From IMG/VR virus record IMGVR_UViG_3300044844_000310: a stretch of DNA of 64,000 bases. The stretch is one strand, 5' to 3'. Under the pieces are notes generated by a model. That model ran no database searches, had not been told where the DNA came from, and worked only from the letters and a program-made list of their open reading frames with translations. The position numbers and the translations under genes are program-made. The DNA is from an uncultured virus (IMG/VR IMGVR_UViG_3300044844_000310). Taxonomy: Duplodnaviria > Heunggongvirae > Uroviricota > Caudoviricetes. How positions within the stretch are numbered: position 1 is the first letter of the stretch; each line of letters begins with the position of its first letter. Positions 9,303 through 19,016 of this stretch are shown here, in pieces.

Positions 9303-10129
9303 TGGGTACAGCCACCGCGGTCTATAAAATAACCAACAGTGTCAACGGAAAGTTGTACATAGGCATATCGGCTAATCCTGATAAACGCTGGTGGGAGCAC
9401 AGAAATCAGACACGTAAAACGCATACGAGACTGTACAACGCTTTTAGAAAATATGGCGTGGAGGCATTTACGTTTGAAATTTTGTATTGGTGCGACACTA
9501 GAGAAGATGCAAGAGAGCTAGAAAACCTCGCGGTGGAGGTCTGTGACACCATAGCGACAGGATACAACATGTGTCCCGGTGGGGGTGGCGGTATAGCTGG
9601 ACCAGATAACCCAGCGTATGGAAAATTGCTTCCCATAGAAGTTCGCACAAAAATGAGCGTAGCAGCTAAAGCGCGGCCTGTAGATAAAAAGCATATGAAA
9701 AATATGCGGCAGGTCTTACAGGATAAGTTCAATGACCCCGAATGGGTCCGAGCTAAATACGAAAAAGTCTCCGCGGCGCGCAAAGGTCGGCCTCACACGG
9801 AAGAGCACAAAAAGAAACTATGCAAGGCGTGGGAGCGTAGAAAAGAACGCAATGAACCCGTGCATAATGCTAAGCGCGTTGTGTGTTTACAGACAGGTGA
9901 AGTGTTTGATAGCGGGTCAGCAGCCGCTAGGCATTTTGGATTTAGTCCCTCGGCATTGCATAAACACTTGCATGGGCGTCAACAAGCCGTTAAAGGATTT
10001 ACGTTTAGGTGGTATACAATGGAACCAGAAGAGAAAGGGCAAGAAAACCCAATCGAATTTACCCTTAACAGTGTGTCAGTGGTAGCGGACAGCGTTGAGC
10101 CTGACATCGAAATTTCAGAAGAGGTCTAA
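9299..10129 (+). CDS. GIY-YIG homing endonuclease with NUMOD-type DNA-binding repeats
   Basis: [18 protein letters not shown]-x-EH, GYN-x-x-[11 protein letters not shown] (NUMOD3-like), TGEVFDS-x-x-AAAR (NUMOD1-like). Confidence 0.9.
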   Translation: MMGTATAVYKITNSVNGKLYIGISANPDKRWWEHRNQTRKTHTRLYNAFRKYGVEAFTFEILYWCDTREDARELENLAVEVCDTIATGYNMCPGGGGGIAGPDNPAYGKLLPIEVRTKMSVAAKARPVDKKHMKNMRQVLQDKFNDPEWVRAKYEKVSAARKGRPHTEEHKKKLCKAWERRKERNEPVHNAKRVVCLQTGEVFDSGSAAARHFGFSPSALHKHLHGRQQAVKGFTFRWYTMEPEEKGQENPIEFTLNSVSVVADSVEPDIEISEEV

Positions 10130-10131
10130 TC

Positions 10132-10752
10132 ATGCCGATCACCCAATCCTTGCCCGGCTCGTTCAAGCAGCAGCTTCTTAACCACGTTCACGATTTCGGT
10201 GCTGTGGTTACGGGAGCTATCTCAGGTACGACACTGACGGTTTCAGCGGTCACTAACGGTGTCCTCGCTGTAGGTTCTTTCATCTCCGGCACGGGCGTCA
10301 CCGCAGGCACTTACATCACGGCTCTGGGCTCTGGTACGGGCGGTGCGGGTACCTATACGGTCTCTGCTTCGCAGACCGTTGCTTCGACGACGATCACTTC
10401 AGGTGATACGTTCAAGATTGCGCTCTATACGAGCTCAGCGACTCTGGACTCCAGCACCACGGTCTATTCGTCTTCTAATGAGTCTTCCGGCCCCGGATAT
10501 ACCGCGGGCGGTGCGACGTTGACCAATTTGGGTACGTCCCTTTCAGGAGCCACGGCTTATCTGAGTTGGGACAACTACACTTGGACTTCTGCGACCATTT
10601 CAGCCGCAGGGGCTTTGATCTATAATTCGTCTAGGAACAACGCGGCGGTAGTGGTCCTGAGCTTCGGTGCGACCTATAGCTCTACCAATGGAAATTTCAC
10701 AGTCACATTCCCTGCAAACACCTCGTCCACCGCCGTTATCATTCTTAGCTGA
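10132..10752 (+). CDS. tail structural protein
   Basis: ITQ...SFKQ-x-LL...HDF...[10 protein letters not shown]...GYTAGG...GALIYN...G-x-FTV-x-FP. Confidence 0.7.
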   Translation: MPITQSLPGSFKQQLLNHVHDFGAVVTGAISGTTLTVSAVTNGVLAVGSFISGTGVTAGTYITALGSGTGGAGTYTVSASQTVASTTITSGDTFKIALYTSSATLDSSTTVYSSSNESSGPGYTAGGATLTNLGTSLSGATAYLSWDNYTWTSATISAAGALIYNSSRNNAAVVVLSFGATYSSTNGNFTVTFPANTSSTAVIILS

Positions 10753-10767
10753 CTTTAGGAGCCGCAG

Positions 10768-12699
10768 ATGCCCAAGTTACAGGACAGGGTCCAAGAGACT
10801 ACGACCACCACAGGCACTGGGTCATTTGCGCTCAACGGTGCGGTTACAGGCTATATTACCTTCAACTCCGGCTTTTCCAACGGGGATATCGTTTGGTACG
10901 TTTGTGACAACGGTTCGGGCGACTGGGAGATCGGCTACGGTACCGTAGGTACGGGTACGCTCACGCGCACGGTCTTCCAGTCTTCCAACGCGAATGCGTT
11001 GGTTCCATTTGCTGCTGGTGCCAAGCGGATCTTCTGTACCGCGCCTTATACGTACCTACTCCCTGATCAGACGGGAAATACGGGTAAAATTTTGTCTACG
11101 GATGGCGCTACACCTTCGTGGATTACGGCGCCTACGGGTACGGTTACAGCAGTTTCTGTCGCTACGGCCAATGGCCTTGCGGGTACGTCTTCGGGGGGAG
11201 CAACTCCGGCTCTGACGCTGTCCACTACGGTTACGGGTGTTCTTAAAGGCAACGGTACGGCTATTTCTGCGGCTTCTGCTGGGACGGACTATGCTCCGGC
11301 GACTTCGGGTTCTTCTATCCTCTACGGTAACGGGGCTGGCGGGTTTAGTAATGTAACGATTGGGTCGGGCGTTTCTTTTTCCGGGGGCACACTAAGTGCT
11401 ACGGGCACGGGTGGTACGGTTACTTCAGTTTCTGGTACAGGCACGGTTAGTGGTATTTCTCTTTCCGGCACGGTCACATCTTCTGGAAGCCTGACTCTTG
11501 GGGGATCTTTAGATCTTTCTAGCCCCCCTGCGATTGGTGGTACAACTCCGAACACGGGCGCATTTACTCGGGTCACAGTCACAGGCTCGACGGCTCCTGC
11601 AAATGGGATGTATTTGCCGGGGACGAATATCCTTGGCTTTGCGACGAATTCCAGTGAACGAGTTCGAATTGATGCTTCTGGCAACGTAGGGATTGGGACG
11701 AGTTCGCCAAGCTCTTTTAGTGGATACACCACGGTATCTGTAAACAACGCTACTAATGGTGGAATTTATAATGTCTTGGTAAACGGAACTGAGACCGCAA
11801 GGCTTCAAGCGTACAGTGGCGTATTCAATGTTGCGGCCAAAGGCGCGTCAACGGTCTTAACTTTTGAAACCAATGGCTCTGAGCGCATGAGGTTGGATAC
11901 CTCCGGCAACCTTGGCTTGGGTGTTACGCCGAGTGCTTGGAGAACTGACGTTTCGTTCAAGGCGATACAGATGCCCGGTGGTACTTTTGCCGCTTACGTG
12001 GCTGGGGGTCTTGATCCGACTCCGAATATCGCGGCAAACGGATACGTTGATTCTGGCGGCACATGGAGATACATAAATTCAAGAGCGGCATCTTGGTACA
12101 TCCAAAACGGGGGTATGCACGCTTGGTACAACGCCCCATCCGGCACAGCAGGAAACGCAATCTCCTTCACTCAGGCGATGACGCTGGATGCGAGTGGGAA
12201 TTTGTTGGTTGGGACGACGAGCAATGTAACTGCTGGTGGGTTGATTATTTACCCTGCTGGAGGCGCTGCTGAGCAATGGATCGGCCATACAAACGGCACA
12301 TCTAGCGGCGTTCCATATTCTGCTTTTTACTACAACGGTACACGGATTGGTTCAATCACCCAGAACGGCACAACAGGTGTTCTCTATAACATTACATCAG
12401 ATCAACGCCTCAAGGAAAACATCGCAGACGCTCCCGGCGCACTAGATTCCGTCAATGCCATCAAGGTTCGTTCATTCGACTGGAAAGCAGATGGGTCACA
12501 CGTTGACTATGGTTATATTGCCCAAGAGCTTTTAGAAGTTGTTCCAGAAGCTGTGAGCGCCCCTGCTGACCCAGAAGAAATGATGGGCGTTGATTTCGGT
12601 AAGCTCACCCCAAGGTTGGTCAAAGCCGTCCAAGAACTCTCTAGCCAAGTCTCCGACTTGAAAGCAGAACTCAACGAACTCAAAAAGAGGATTAACTAA
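10768..12699 (+). CDS. tail fibre with C-terminal intramolecular chaperone (Peptidase_S74)
   Basis: DRVQETTTT N-terminus, GTVTSV repeats, ER-x-RID-x-SGN repeats, SDQRLKENI, G-x-IAQE, LVKAVQEL coiled coil. Confidence 0.9.
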   Translation: MPKLQDRVQETTTTTGTGSFALNGAVTGYITFNSGFSNGDIVWYVCDNGSGDWEIGYGTVGTGTLTRTVFQSSNANALVPFAAGAKRIFCTAPYTYLLPDQTGNTGKILSTDGATPSWITAPTGTVTAVSVATANGLAGTSSGGATPALTLSTTVTGVLKGNGTAISAASAGTDYAPATSGSSILYGNGAGGFSNVTIGSGVSFSGGTLSATGTGGTVTSVSGTGTVSGISLSGTVTSSGSLTLGGSLDLSSPPAIGGTTPNTGAFTRVTVTGSTAPANGMYLPGTNILGFATNSSERVRIDASGNVGIGTSSPSSFSGYTTVSVNNATNGGIYNVLVNGTETARLQAYSGVFNVAAKGASTVLTFETNGSERMRLDTSGNLGLGVTPSAWRTDVSFKAIQMPGGTFAAYVAGGLDPTPNIAANGYVDSGGTWRYINSRAASWYIQNGGMHAWYNAPSGTAGNAISFTQAMTLDASGNLLVGTTSNVTAGGLIIYPAGGAAEQWIGHTNGTSSGVPYSAFYYNGTRIGSITQNGTTGVLYNITSDQRLKENIADAPGALDSVNAIKVRSFDWKADGSHVDYGYIAQELLEVVPEAVSAPADPEEMMGVDFGKLTPRLVKAVQELSSQVSDLKAELNELKKRIN

Positions 12700-13046
12700 T
12701 GTCGAACACATACACTTGGACGATTTCTGCTCTTGACTGCATCCCTGATGTGGATGGAAAGACGGATTACGTTGTGACTTCTCACTGGTCCTGCACTGGC
12801 ACGGATGGGACTTTCTCAGGTCAGGTTTACTCAACCGTTTCATTTGCGGTGAATGCAGACAAGCCCAACTACATCCCCTATGCAGACCTAACCGAAGCTG
12901 AAGTCATTCAGTGGACTCAGGATGCACTGGGTGCAGAACAGGTCGCGGCGATCTATGTTGGCATTGATACGCAGATCCAGAACCAGATTGATCCTCCGAT
13001 TGTCACGCCGCCGCTTCCGTGGCAGACTCCTGTTTCCGAAAACTAA
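12699..13046 (+). CDS. tail-fibre-associated protein
   Basis: YTWTI...PYADLTE-x-x-VI-x-W...PPLPW pattern usual downstream of such fibres. Confidence 0.65.
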   Translation: MSNTYTWTISALDCIPDVDGKTDYVVTSHWSCTGTDGTFSGQVYSTVSFAVNADKPNYIPYADLTEAEVIQWTQDALGAEQVAAIYVGIDTQIQNQIDPPIVTPPLPWQTPVSEN

Positions 13047-13058
13047 CAGGAAAAAACT

Positions 13059-13217
13059 GTGGAAAACAAAATCACTCTGTCTCTGGATCTCGTCAATGCC
13101 ATCATGGGTTTCCTTGGTAAGCAGCCGTATGAGCAGGTATTCCCGCTGATCAATGCCATCCAGAAGGAAGCCGAAGGGCAGGTCCCCCCGGCAGCAGAAG
13201 CTCCAGTAGAAGAGTAA
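13059..13217 (+). CDS. small protein, 52 aa (not in ORF track)
   Basis: GTG start after AGGA; VNAIMGFLGKQPYEQVFPLI. Confidence 0.6.
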   Translation: MENKITLSLDLVNAIMGFLGKQPYEQVFPLINAIQKEAEGQVPPAAEAPVEE

Positions 13218-13221
13218 AACC

Positions 13222-13644
13222 ATGGGCTTCATCCTCAGTCAGAAATCGTTACGCCGCCTCGAAGGGGTCAATCCTGCACTGGTGCAGGTGGTCAAGCGTG
13301 CGATTCAAATCACGCCGATTGATTTCATCGTAGTGGAAGGTCTTCGAACCAAAGAGCGTCAAGCCTACCTCGTAGAGAAGGGCGCATCCAAAACCATGAA
13401 TTCACGGCACCTGACTGGGGATGCAGTCGATCTGGCTCCTATTGTGGACAACAAAGTCTCATGGGACTGGAAGCATTACTACCCTCTGGCCGAAGCGGTG
13501 AAAGAAGCCGCGAAGCAACTCCGCACTGAAGTGCGGTGGGGAGGCACATGGAAGAATCTCTCGGAGACAGAGTTCAAAGATGGTAAAGTAGAGTTGTCCA
13601 AAACCTTTCCAGATGGACCACATTTCGAAATCGGGAGAAAATAA
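13222..13644 (+). CDS. endolysin, M15 L-Ala-D-Glu peptidase
   Basis: LEGV-x-P-x-L, EGLRT-x-ERQ, S-x-H...A-x-D, WGG-x-W, DGPHFE. Confidence 0.9.
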   Translation: MGFILSQKSLRRLEGVNPALVQVVKRAIQITPIDFIVVEGLRTKERQAYLVEKGASKTMNSRHLTGDAVDLAPIVDNKVSWDWKHYYPLAEAVKEAAKQLRTEVRWGGTWKNLSETEFKDGKVELSKTFPDGPHFEIGRK

Positions 13645-13820
13645 TGACATTCCTTTCTTGGTTTTTAGATCGGCTTAAAGAACCAACCACCTATTTGGGG
13701 CTCACAGCCATGCTGTCTGCTGCGGGTTACGCACTTGATCCTGAGCTGGTCAAGCAGATTTCTGCGGCGGGTGTTGGTGTATCAGGTCTGATTCTGTTCG
13801 TTCTTCGCGAAAAGAAGTAA
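13644..13820 (+). CDS. putative holin, 58 aa (not in ORF track)
   Basis: RLKEPTTY-x-G, two hydrophobic helices, basic C-terminus; coupled to endolysin stop. Confidence 0.65.
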   Translation: MTFLSWFLDRLKEPTTYLGLTAMLSAAGYALDPELVKQISAAGVGVSGLILFVLREKK

Positions 13821-13826
13821 GCAAAA

Positions 13827-14693
13827 ATGCTGGGGTTCTATCCTATTGCGGATGCGCCCCTAGCTTCGCTCGGGCAGATCAATGCTGAGGTAACACTCGC
13901 CTCACAAACCATCTCCCTGACGCTGAATAGCGTCACTCTATCTACGGGACAAACGATCCCGCTGGGTTCTCAAACCCTTCTCCTCACAGAGAACTCTGTA
14001 CTTATCAGCGATGACGATGTCATCGAGGTCGCAGGTCAGCCTCTATTCCTGACCCTGAACGGGGTCACGCTGTCCACCGGGGTGGACGCTACGCTAGCTT
14101 CGCAAAGCCTAACGCTGACCGAGAACTCGGTCTCCATCGAGGTACAACCTCCGACCTTTGATAGCCAAACACTGTCTCTGACGCTGAATGGCGTGGCTCT
14201 GTCCACGAGCGTAAACGCGACGCTGGCTTCGCAGGTGCTTCTCCTCACGGAGAACTCAGTCACACTGAGTACGAACAACCAGATCGACCTGACTTCTCAG
14301 GTGCTGACATCGACACTGAACAGTGTCTCCCTTTCTCTTGGGGTCAATCTCACCGCAGCCTCGCAGAGCCTTTCTCTTACAGAGAATTCCGTATCGCTCA
14401 TAACGGATGTCGTTCTTGTTGCGGGTTCTCAGACAATCTATACTACGCTCAATGAGTTGCGGCTTTGGAAGATCATTCCCACGGTACAGCCGGGCACCTG
14501 TCCTAATCACTGCGATGGGGTGTGGACTGAAATTGCGTATGACGAGCTGGTGTATGGAGATGATTTCGCGATTGCTACGCAGCCCTTGTGTGCATTGCCG
14601 CAGCCCCTGCCACCTATTCGTAAATTCCCCGGATCGGCTTGGGGTAATGTAACCACATCGACCAGCACAAGCTGGAAGAACGTACAGACCTAA
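13827..14693 (+). CDS. repeat-rich virion protein
   Basis: MLGFYPIADAPLASL N-terminus; about 9 repeats of SQ-x-L-x-LT-[LE]-N-[SG]-V. Confidence 0.7.
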   Translation: MLGFYPIADAPLASLGQINAEVTLASQTISLTLNSVTLSTGQTIPLGSQTLLLTENSVLISDDDVIEVAGQPLFLTLNGVTLSTGVDATLASQSLTLTENSVSIEVQPPTFDSQTLSLTLNGVALSTSVNATLASQVLLLTENSVTLSTNNQIDLTSQVLTSTLNSVSLSLGVNLTAASQSLSLTENSVSLITDVVLVAGSQTIYTTLNELRLWKIIPTVQPGTCPNHCDGVWTEIAYDELVYGDDFAIATQPLCALPQPLPPIRKFPGSAWGNVTTSTSTSWKNVQT

Positions 14694-14702
14694 GAGGCCA
14701 CA

Positions 14703-15824
14703 ATGTCTTCGACCTACAGTTCCAATCTCCGGCTTGAACTCATATCCTCGGGTGAACAGGCAAGCACTTGGGGTAACACGACCAATACCAACCTCGGTAC
14801 GCTGATTGAAGAAGCTCTGACCGGCATTGTGGAGATTGATATCTCCGCGAGCAACAAGACGCTGACGGCCCTTAACGGTGCCTTTGACCAAGCCCGAGCG
14901 ATGGTGATTGTAGCGACGGGTTCTGCGGGGGTAACGCGGAGTATCATTACTCCGGCCAATGTCTCCAAGGTTTATATCGTAGACAACTCAGCTTCTTCGG
15001 ATATCGAGATTGTCACGGCGGCATCGGGTTCTCCTGTATCGGTGGCTATCCCTGCGGGTACCGCCAAGTTAGTCTATACGGACGGCACGGACTTTTTTGA
15101 GGGCAGCAACGCGGCAGATGCGTTTACAGCCAATACCATCACAGCCGACACCGTCACCATCTCAGGCACCCCCACCAATTCCACAGATGCCACCACAGTC
15201 GGTGCAGTCAATACGCTGCTTGGCAGCTATCTCCCCAAAGCGGGCGGGACAATGTCCGGTGCCATTAACATGGGCACGACGAATAAAATTACGAACATGG
15301 CTACGCCGACATCGAGCGCCGATGCGGCAACAAAGGCTTATGTAGACACCGTAGCGGGCGGCGCGGGAATTCCTTCTACGACGAAAATGCTGTTTGCGCA
15401 GGCTTCGCCTCCTGCGGGTTGGACTCAGGTGACAACTTATAATAACTATGCCATGCGCATCGTAAGCGGTGGCGGCGGGGGTACAGGGGGTTCGGTAGGG
15501 TTCACAACGGCTTTTGCTTCTCAAACGCCTTCAGGTTCAGTGAGTGTCTCGGGTACCGTAGGCGGTACCGCTTTGACAGAAGCTCAGCTTCCCTCCCACT
15601 CGCATAATGCGTTTGGTAATGGTTTTGTTTGTACAGGTAACTCTCCCGGCACCGTGCTGAATGCTGTAGGTAGCGGAGCAGCGTTCAACTATGTTTTAAA
15701 TACGGGTAGTACGGGTAGCGGTCAAACACACACTCACGGGTTCACAGGATCAGGATCTTTCACAGGCTCAGCCATCAATCTTGCGGTACAGTATCTCGAT
15801 ATCATCATCGCCTCCAAGGATTAA
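14703..15824 (+). CDS. tail fibre/collar protein
   Basis: STYS-x-NL-x-LEL...GEQ-x-x-TWG-x-TTN; DAATKAYVD; collar-like PPAGW; LPSHSH. Confidence 0.75.
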   Translation: MSSTYSSNLRLELISSGEQASTWGNTTNTNLGTLIEEALTGIVEIDISASNKTLTALNGAFDQARAMVIVATGSAGVTRSIITPANVSKVYIVDNSASSDIEIVTAASGSPVSVAIPAGTAKLVYTDGTDFFEGSNAADAFTANTITADTVTISGTPTNSTDATTVGAVNTLLGSYLPKAGGTMSGAINMGTTNKITNMATPTSSADAATKAYVDTVAGGAGIPSTTKMLFAQASPPAGWTQVTTYNNYAMRIVSGGGGGTGGSVGFTTAFASQTPSGSVSVSGTVGGTALTEAQLPSHSHNAFGNGFVCTGNSPGTVLNAVGSGAAFNYVLNTGSTGSGQTHTHGFTGSGSFTGSAINLAVQYLDIIIASKD

Positions 15825-15826
15825 GC

Positions 15827-16156
15827 ATGGCACTTGAAGTTAAAACATTTTGCCCTCTCGGATCTAAATGCGAAGAAGCAAAGGATGGTGCTTTGCATCG
15901 CTGTGCGTGGTACACGCCGGTTCGAGGTTATGACATCAATACGGGAGAGATGCTCACCGAAGATCGGTGGGAGTGCGGTATGTTTTGGCTTCCTCGCCTG
16001 CTCGTAGAAAATTCCGGTATGCAGCGACAGACCAGCGCGAACATTGCTGATTTCAAGAATGAGATGGTCAAGGCCAATACCGTGAGCCAGCAGGTGCTTC
16101 TAGCAACTGTGAAAGAAGTCCACCCCGAGATCAAGGTGCTTGAGGTGAAACCATGA
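15827..16156 (+). CDS. Cys-rich fibre-associated protein
   Basis: CPL...C...CAWY...C...P-x-LLVENS...F-x-NEMVKAN. Confidence 0.6.
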   Translation: MALEVKTFCPLGSKCEEAKDGALHRCAWYTPVRGYDINTGEMLTEDRWECGMFWLPRLLVENSGMQRQTSANIADFKNEMVKANTVSQQVLLATVKEVHPEIKVLEVKP

Positions 16157-18765
16157 CCGAACCAGTCCTTCAAAAAATTCAGATGCGCCCCGGTGTCTCG
16201 CGGGAAAGCACAGATTTGGCTAACGAAGGGGGCTGGTACTCATGTAACTTGGTGCGCTTCCGCTCGGGTTCACCTGAAATTGTTGGTGGTTGGGTCATCA
16301 ATGGGTCTGGGTATTTTCTGGGCACCTGCCGTAACCTGATTGAATGGGTCTCGCTGTCGGGATATTTCATTCTTGGAATTGGTACAAACCTCAAGTACTA
16401 CGTTCAGGTCGGTGGCAGCTACTATGACATCACGCCGATTCGGTTGGACTCCACCCTCCCTACCGATCCTGTCTACCCTATCTATGGGTCTTTGGCGGCG
16501 ACGATCAGCGACACAGCAACGTCTATCACGGTGTCTTCCGGTACGGCGTTTACTCGCGCAGCGCCTTATGTCATTACGATTGGATCTGAAGATATCTACG
16601 TTGCTACGGCCTCCGGCACGACGCTCTCCGGCTGCATTCGAGGCTACAACAACACGACACCTGCTACGCATACGTCGTCAACCACGATCACCAGTACCTA
16701 CGTAGCAATCAACAGCGTATCGAATGGTGCAGGACCCGGTGACTATGTCACCCTTGAAGATTTGACGGCCTTCGGTCCCTATACTGCCGCAGAGCTCAAT
16801 ACAGAATTCCAAGTTGTCGGCGTTGCGACCAACTATATTGCCGTTGATACAGGGGTTCAATCGACTTCAACCACCGCGGGTGGGGGTAATGCTCCGGCAC
16901 ATGCGTTCTTCCAGCTCACTATCGGCGGTGACGTTAACATCTTCGGTAATGGTTGGGGTGTAGGGACATGGGTAAGTCAAGCTACAGGTGCAGGTCTTAC
17001 GACCACAACGGCGGATATCAATAGTTCGGCAACAACCATTCCGGTTACGGATGCGAGCGCCTTTGCAGCTTCTGGGTACGTCTATATCGAAGCAGAGTGG
17101 ATTCAATACTCAGGCAAGACAGGCACCAGCTTGACGGGGTGCACTCGTGGGTTTGGCGATACGATGGCGACGGATCATTTGTCTGGGCGCGACGTCACAG
17201 GTCTTCAGTACAGCGTTGCCAATGCCAGAGGATGGAACACAGGTATTACGCTCTCCGATACGGTACAGGGCTTCCGCGAGTATCTGCGTCTTTGGAGTTC
17301 TGACAACTACGGTCAGATGCTGGTGTTCAACCCGGATGGCGGCGGCGTTTATTATTGGGACCCCGGTACCAGTCTTTCAGGTGGCGGTCAGGTTACAGCC
17401 CGTGCTTTGGATTTGCTGGATTACCCCGGTGCGGATGGCTATGCACCTTATGTTGCGTCAAATGTTCTGGTCACGGAAGAACGGCATATTGTGGCCTTTG
17501 GTACCAACGACTGGTTGGCTACGTCGCCAACACAGCAAGACCCCATGTTTATTTCATGGTGCAGTCAGGAAGATCCGGCCACATGGTTACCTTCTGCAAC
17601 GAACACGGCGGGTAGCTACAGACTCTCTTCAGGCAGCTCGATCATCACGGTAGAGGCCACACGGCAGGAATATCTGATCTGGACGGATTCTTCGCTGTAC
17701 TCCATGCGGTATCTGGGGCCGCCTTACGTCTTTGGGTTTACGCCTCTGGCGACGGACATCACGATCTCCTCTGCCAACTCGGTGGTCACGGCGAACAACA
17801 TCACCTACTGGATGGGGCAGGACAAGTTCTATGCGTACTCTGGGCGTGTGGATACACTGCCTTGCTCGCTTCGTCAGTACATTTTCGACGATATCAACAC
17901 CGAGCAGCTTCAGCAGATTTATGCTGGGCAGAATGAAAAGTACAACGAGGTCTGGTGGTACTACCCGTCGTCCGGGTCTACGTACAATGATCGCTACGTG
18001 GTCTACAACTATCTGGAAAAGCTCTGGTATTACGGGCAGCTTCTACGCTCTGCGTGGATGGGGTCTCATATTCAGGGCGTGCCGATTGCCGCATACAACC
18101 GCGCAGCGGTGCTTGAAGTCACCGGGGTTTCCTCTACGGGGGCCATTACGGGTGTCGATATCATCGACGGTGGGCAGTACACGAAAGCACCTTCCTCTTC
18201 TTCAGTCATCGCTGTAGGCGGTTCGGGAGCCAACTGCTCATTTGTTGTGGCTTTGAACAATGATGGTGAGATCACCAGTGTCACGATTTCTCAGCCGGGG
18301 ATCAACTACACACTGGGCGATACGCTGACGATCATTGGCGGGCAGGGTGCGGGGAACATTCTCTATCACGAGACGGGGCTGAACGATGCGGCGGTGAACC
18401 CACCGATCCCGATGAATGCCTACATTGAAAGCGCCGACTTTGACTTGGGCGAAGGCAACAGCCTTGCGTTTGTGACGCGCATTATTCCTGACGTAGACTT
18501 CATTGGTTCGATTGTCCCGGCACCGTATGTGACGATGACGATTTCAGGGCGTGATTATCCGGGTCAAGGCAATTTCCGCACATCCGATTCCGAGGTTGTC
18601 GCAAGCTCCGAGGTCACTACGCAGGTCTATAATTACACGAATCAGGCGTGGATCAGGCTTAGAGCAAGGCAGGTAGCATTCCGTATCGGGAGTAATGATC
18701 TCGATGTCAAATGGCAGCTCGGCGTGCCGCGCCTGCGTATACAGCCCGACGGGCGGAGAGGCTAA
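16153..18765 (+). CDS. tail nozzle / stabilisation protein (P22 gp10- or T7 gp12-like)
   Basis: EGGW...VRFR-x-G-x-PE, W-x-x-QE...W-x-P...NTAG, YWMG, EVWWYYPS, QPDGRR C-terminus. Confidence 0.75.
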   Translation: MTEPVLQKIQMRPGVSRESTDLANEGGWYSCNLVRFRSGSPEIVGGWVINGSGYFLGTCRNLIEWVSLSGYFILGIGTNLKYYVQVGGSYYDITPIRLDSTLPTDPVYPIYGSLAATISDTATSITVSSGTAFTRAAPYVITIGSEDIYVATASGTTLSGCIRGYNNTTPATHTSSTTITSTYVAINSVSNGAGPGDYVTLEDLTAFGPYTAAELNTEFQVVGVATNYIAVDTGVQSTSTTAGGGNAPAHAFFQLTIGGDVNIFGNGWGVGTWVSQATGAGLTTTTADINSSATTIPVTDASAFAASGYVYIEAEWIQYSGKTGTSLTGCTRGFGDTMATDHLSGRDVTGLQYSVANARGWNTGITLSDTVQGFREYLRLWSSDNYGQMLVFNPDGGGVYYWDPGTSLSGGGQVTARALDLLDYPGADGYAPYVASNVLVTEERHIVAFGTNDWLATSPTQQDPMFISWCSQEDPATWLPSATNTAGSYRLSSGSSIITVEATRQEYLIWTDSSLYSMRYLGPPYVFGFTPLATDITISSANSVVTANNITYWMGQDKFYAYSGRVDTLPCSLRQYIFDDINTEQLQQIYAGQNEKYNEVWWYYPSSGSTYNDRYVVYNYLEKLWYYGQLLRSAWMGSHIQGVPIAAYNRAAVLEVTGVSSTGAITGVDIIDGGQYTKAPSSSSVIAVGGSGANCSFVVALNNDGEITSVTISQPGINYTLGDTLTIIGGQGAGNILYHETGLNDAAVNPPIPMNAYIESADFDLGEGNSLAFVTRIIPDVDFIGSIVPAPYVTMTISGRDYPGQGNFRTSDSEVVASSEVTTQVYNYTNQAWIRLRARQVAFRIGSNDLDVKWQLGVPRLRIQPDGRRG

Positions 18766-19007
18766 TGGCTAATAGGAACAATGTCCCAGATCCCGTCCTT
18801 TCGCTGGCCCCGCTAGAGTATGATGTTCAATACCTGAATATGATCGTGCGGCAGTTGAATTACTATATGCAGCAGCACGCGAATCCGGGGGCCATTGCGG
18901 GAGCTACTTTGACACTCTCTGATCTCCCCACTTCGGCAACGGGGTTGCCATCAGGCTCTGTCTGGCGCGATGCTGGCGCAGGCAACGTACTTAAAATCGT
19001 ACCGTAG
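18765..19007 (+). CDS. small tail-associated protein
   Basis: TAATG overlap; LPTSATGLPSG-x-VW...LKIV. Confidence 0.65.
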   Translation: MANRNNVPDPVLSLAPLEYDVQYLNMIVRQLNYYMQQHANPGAIAGATLTLSDLPTSATGLPSGSVWRDAGAGNVLKIVP

Positions 19008-19016
19008 GATAAAGAC

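Noticed and set aside
9299..10129. Group I intron around the GIY-YIG (or the HNH at 3887)
   Set aside because: Flanking genes are intact and there is no room for an intron core
13662..13680. TTTTTAGATCGGCTTAAAG in the holin as another box
   Set aside because: Four mismatches and broken symmetry; explained by FLDRLK codons
10768..15824. Diversity-generating retroelement acting on fibres
   Set aside because: No reverse transcriptase and no TR/VR repeat pair seen
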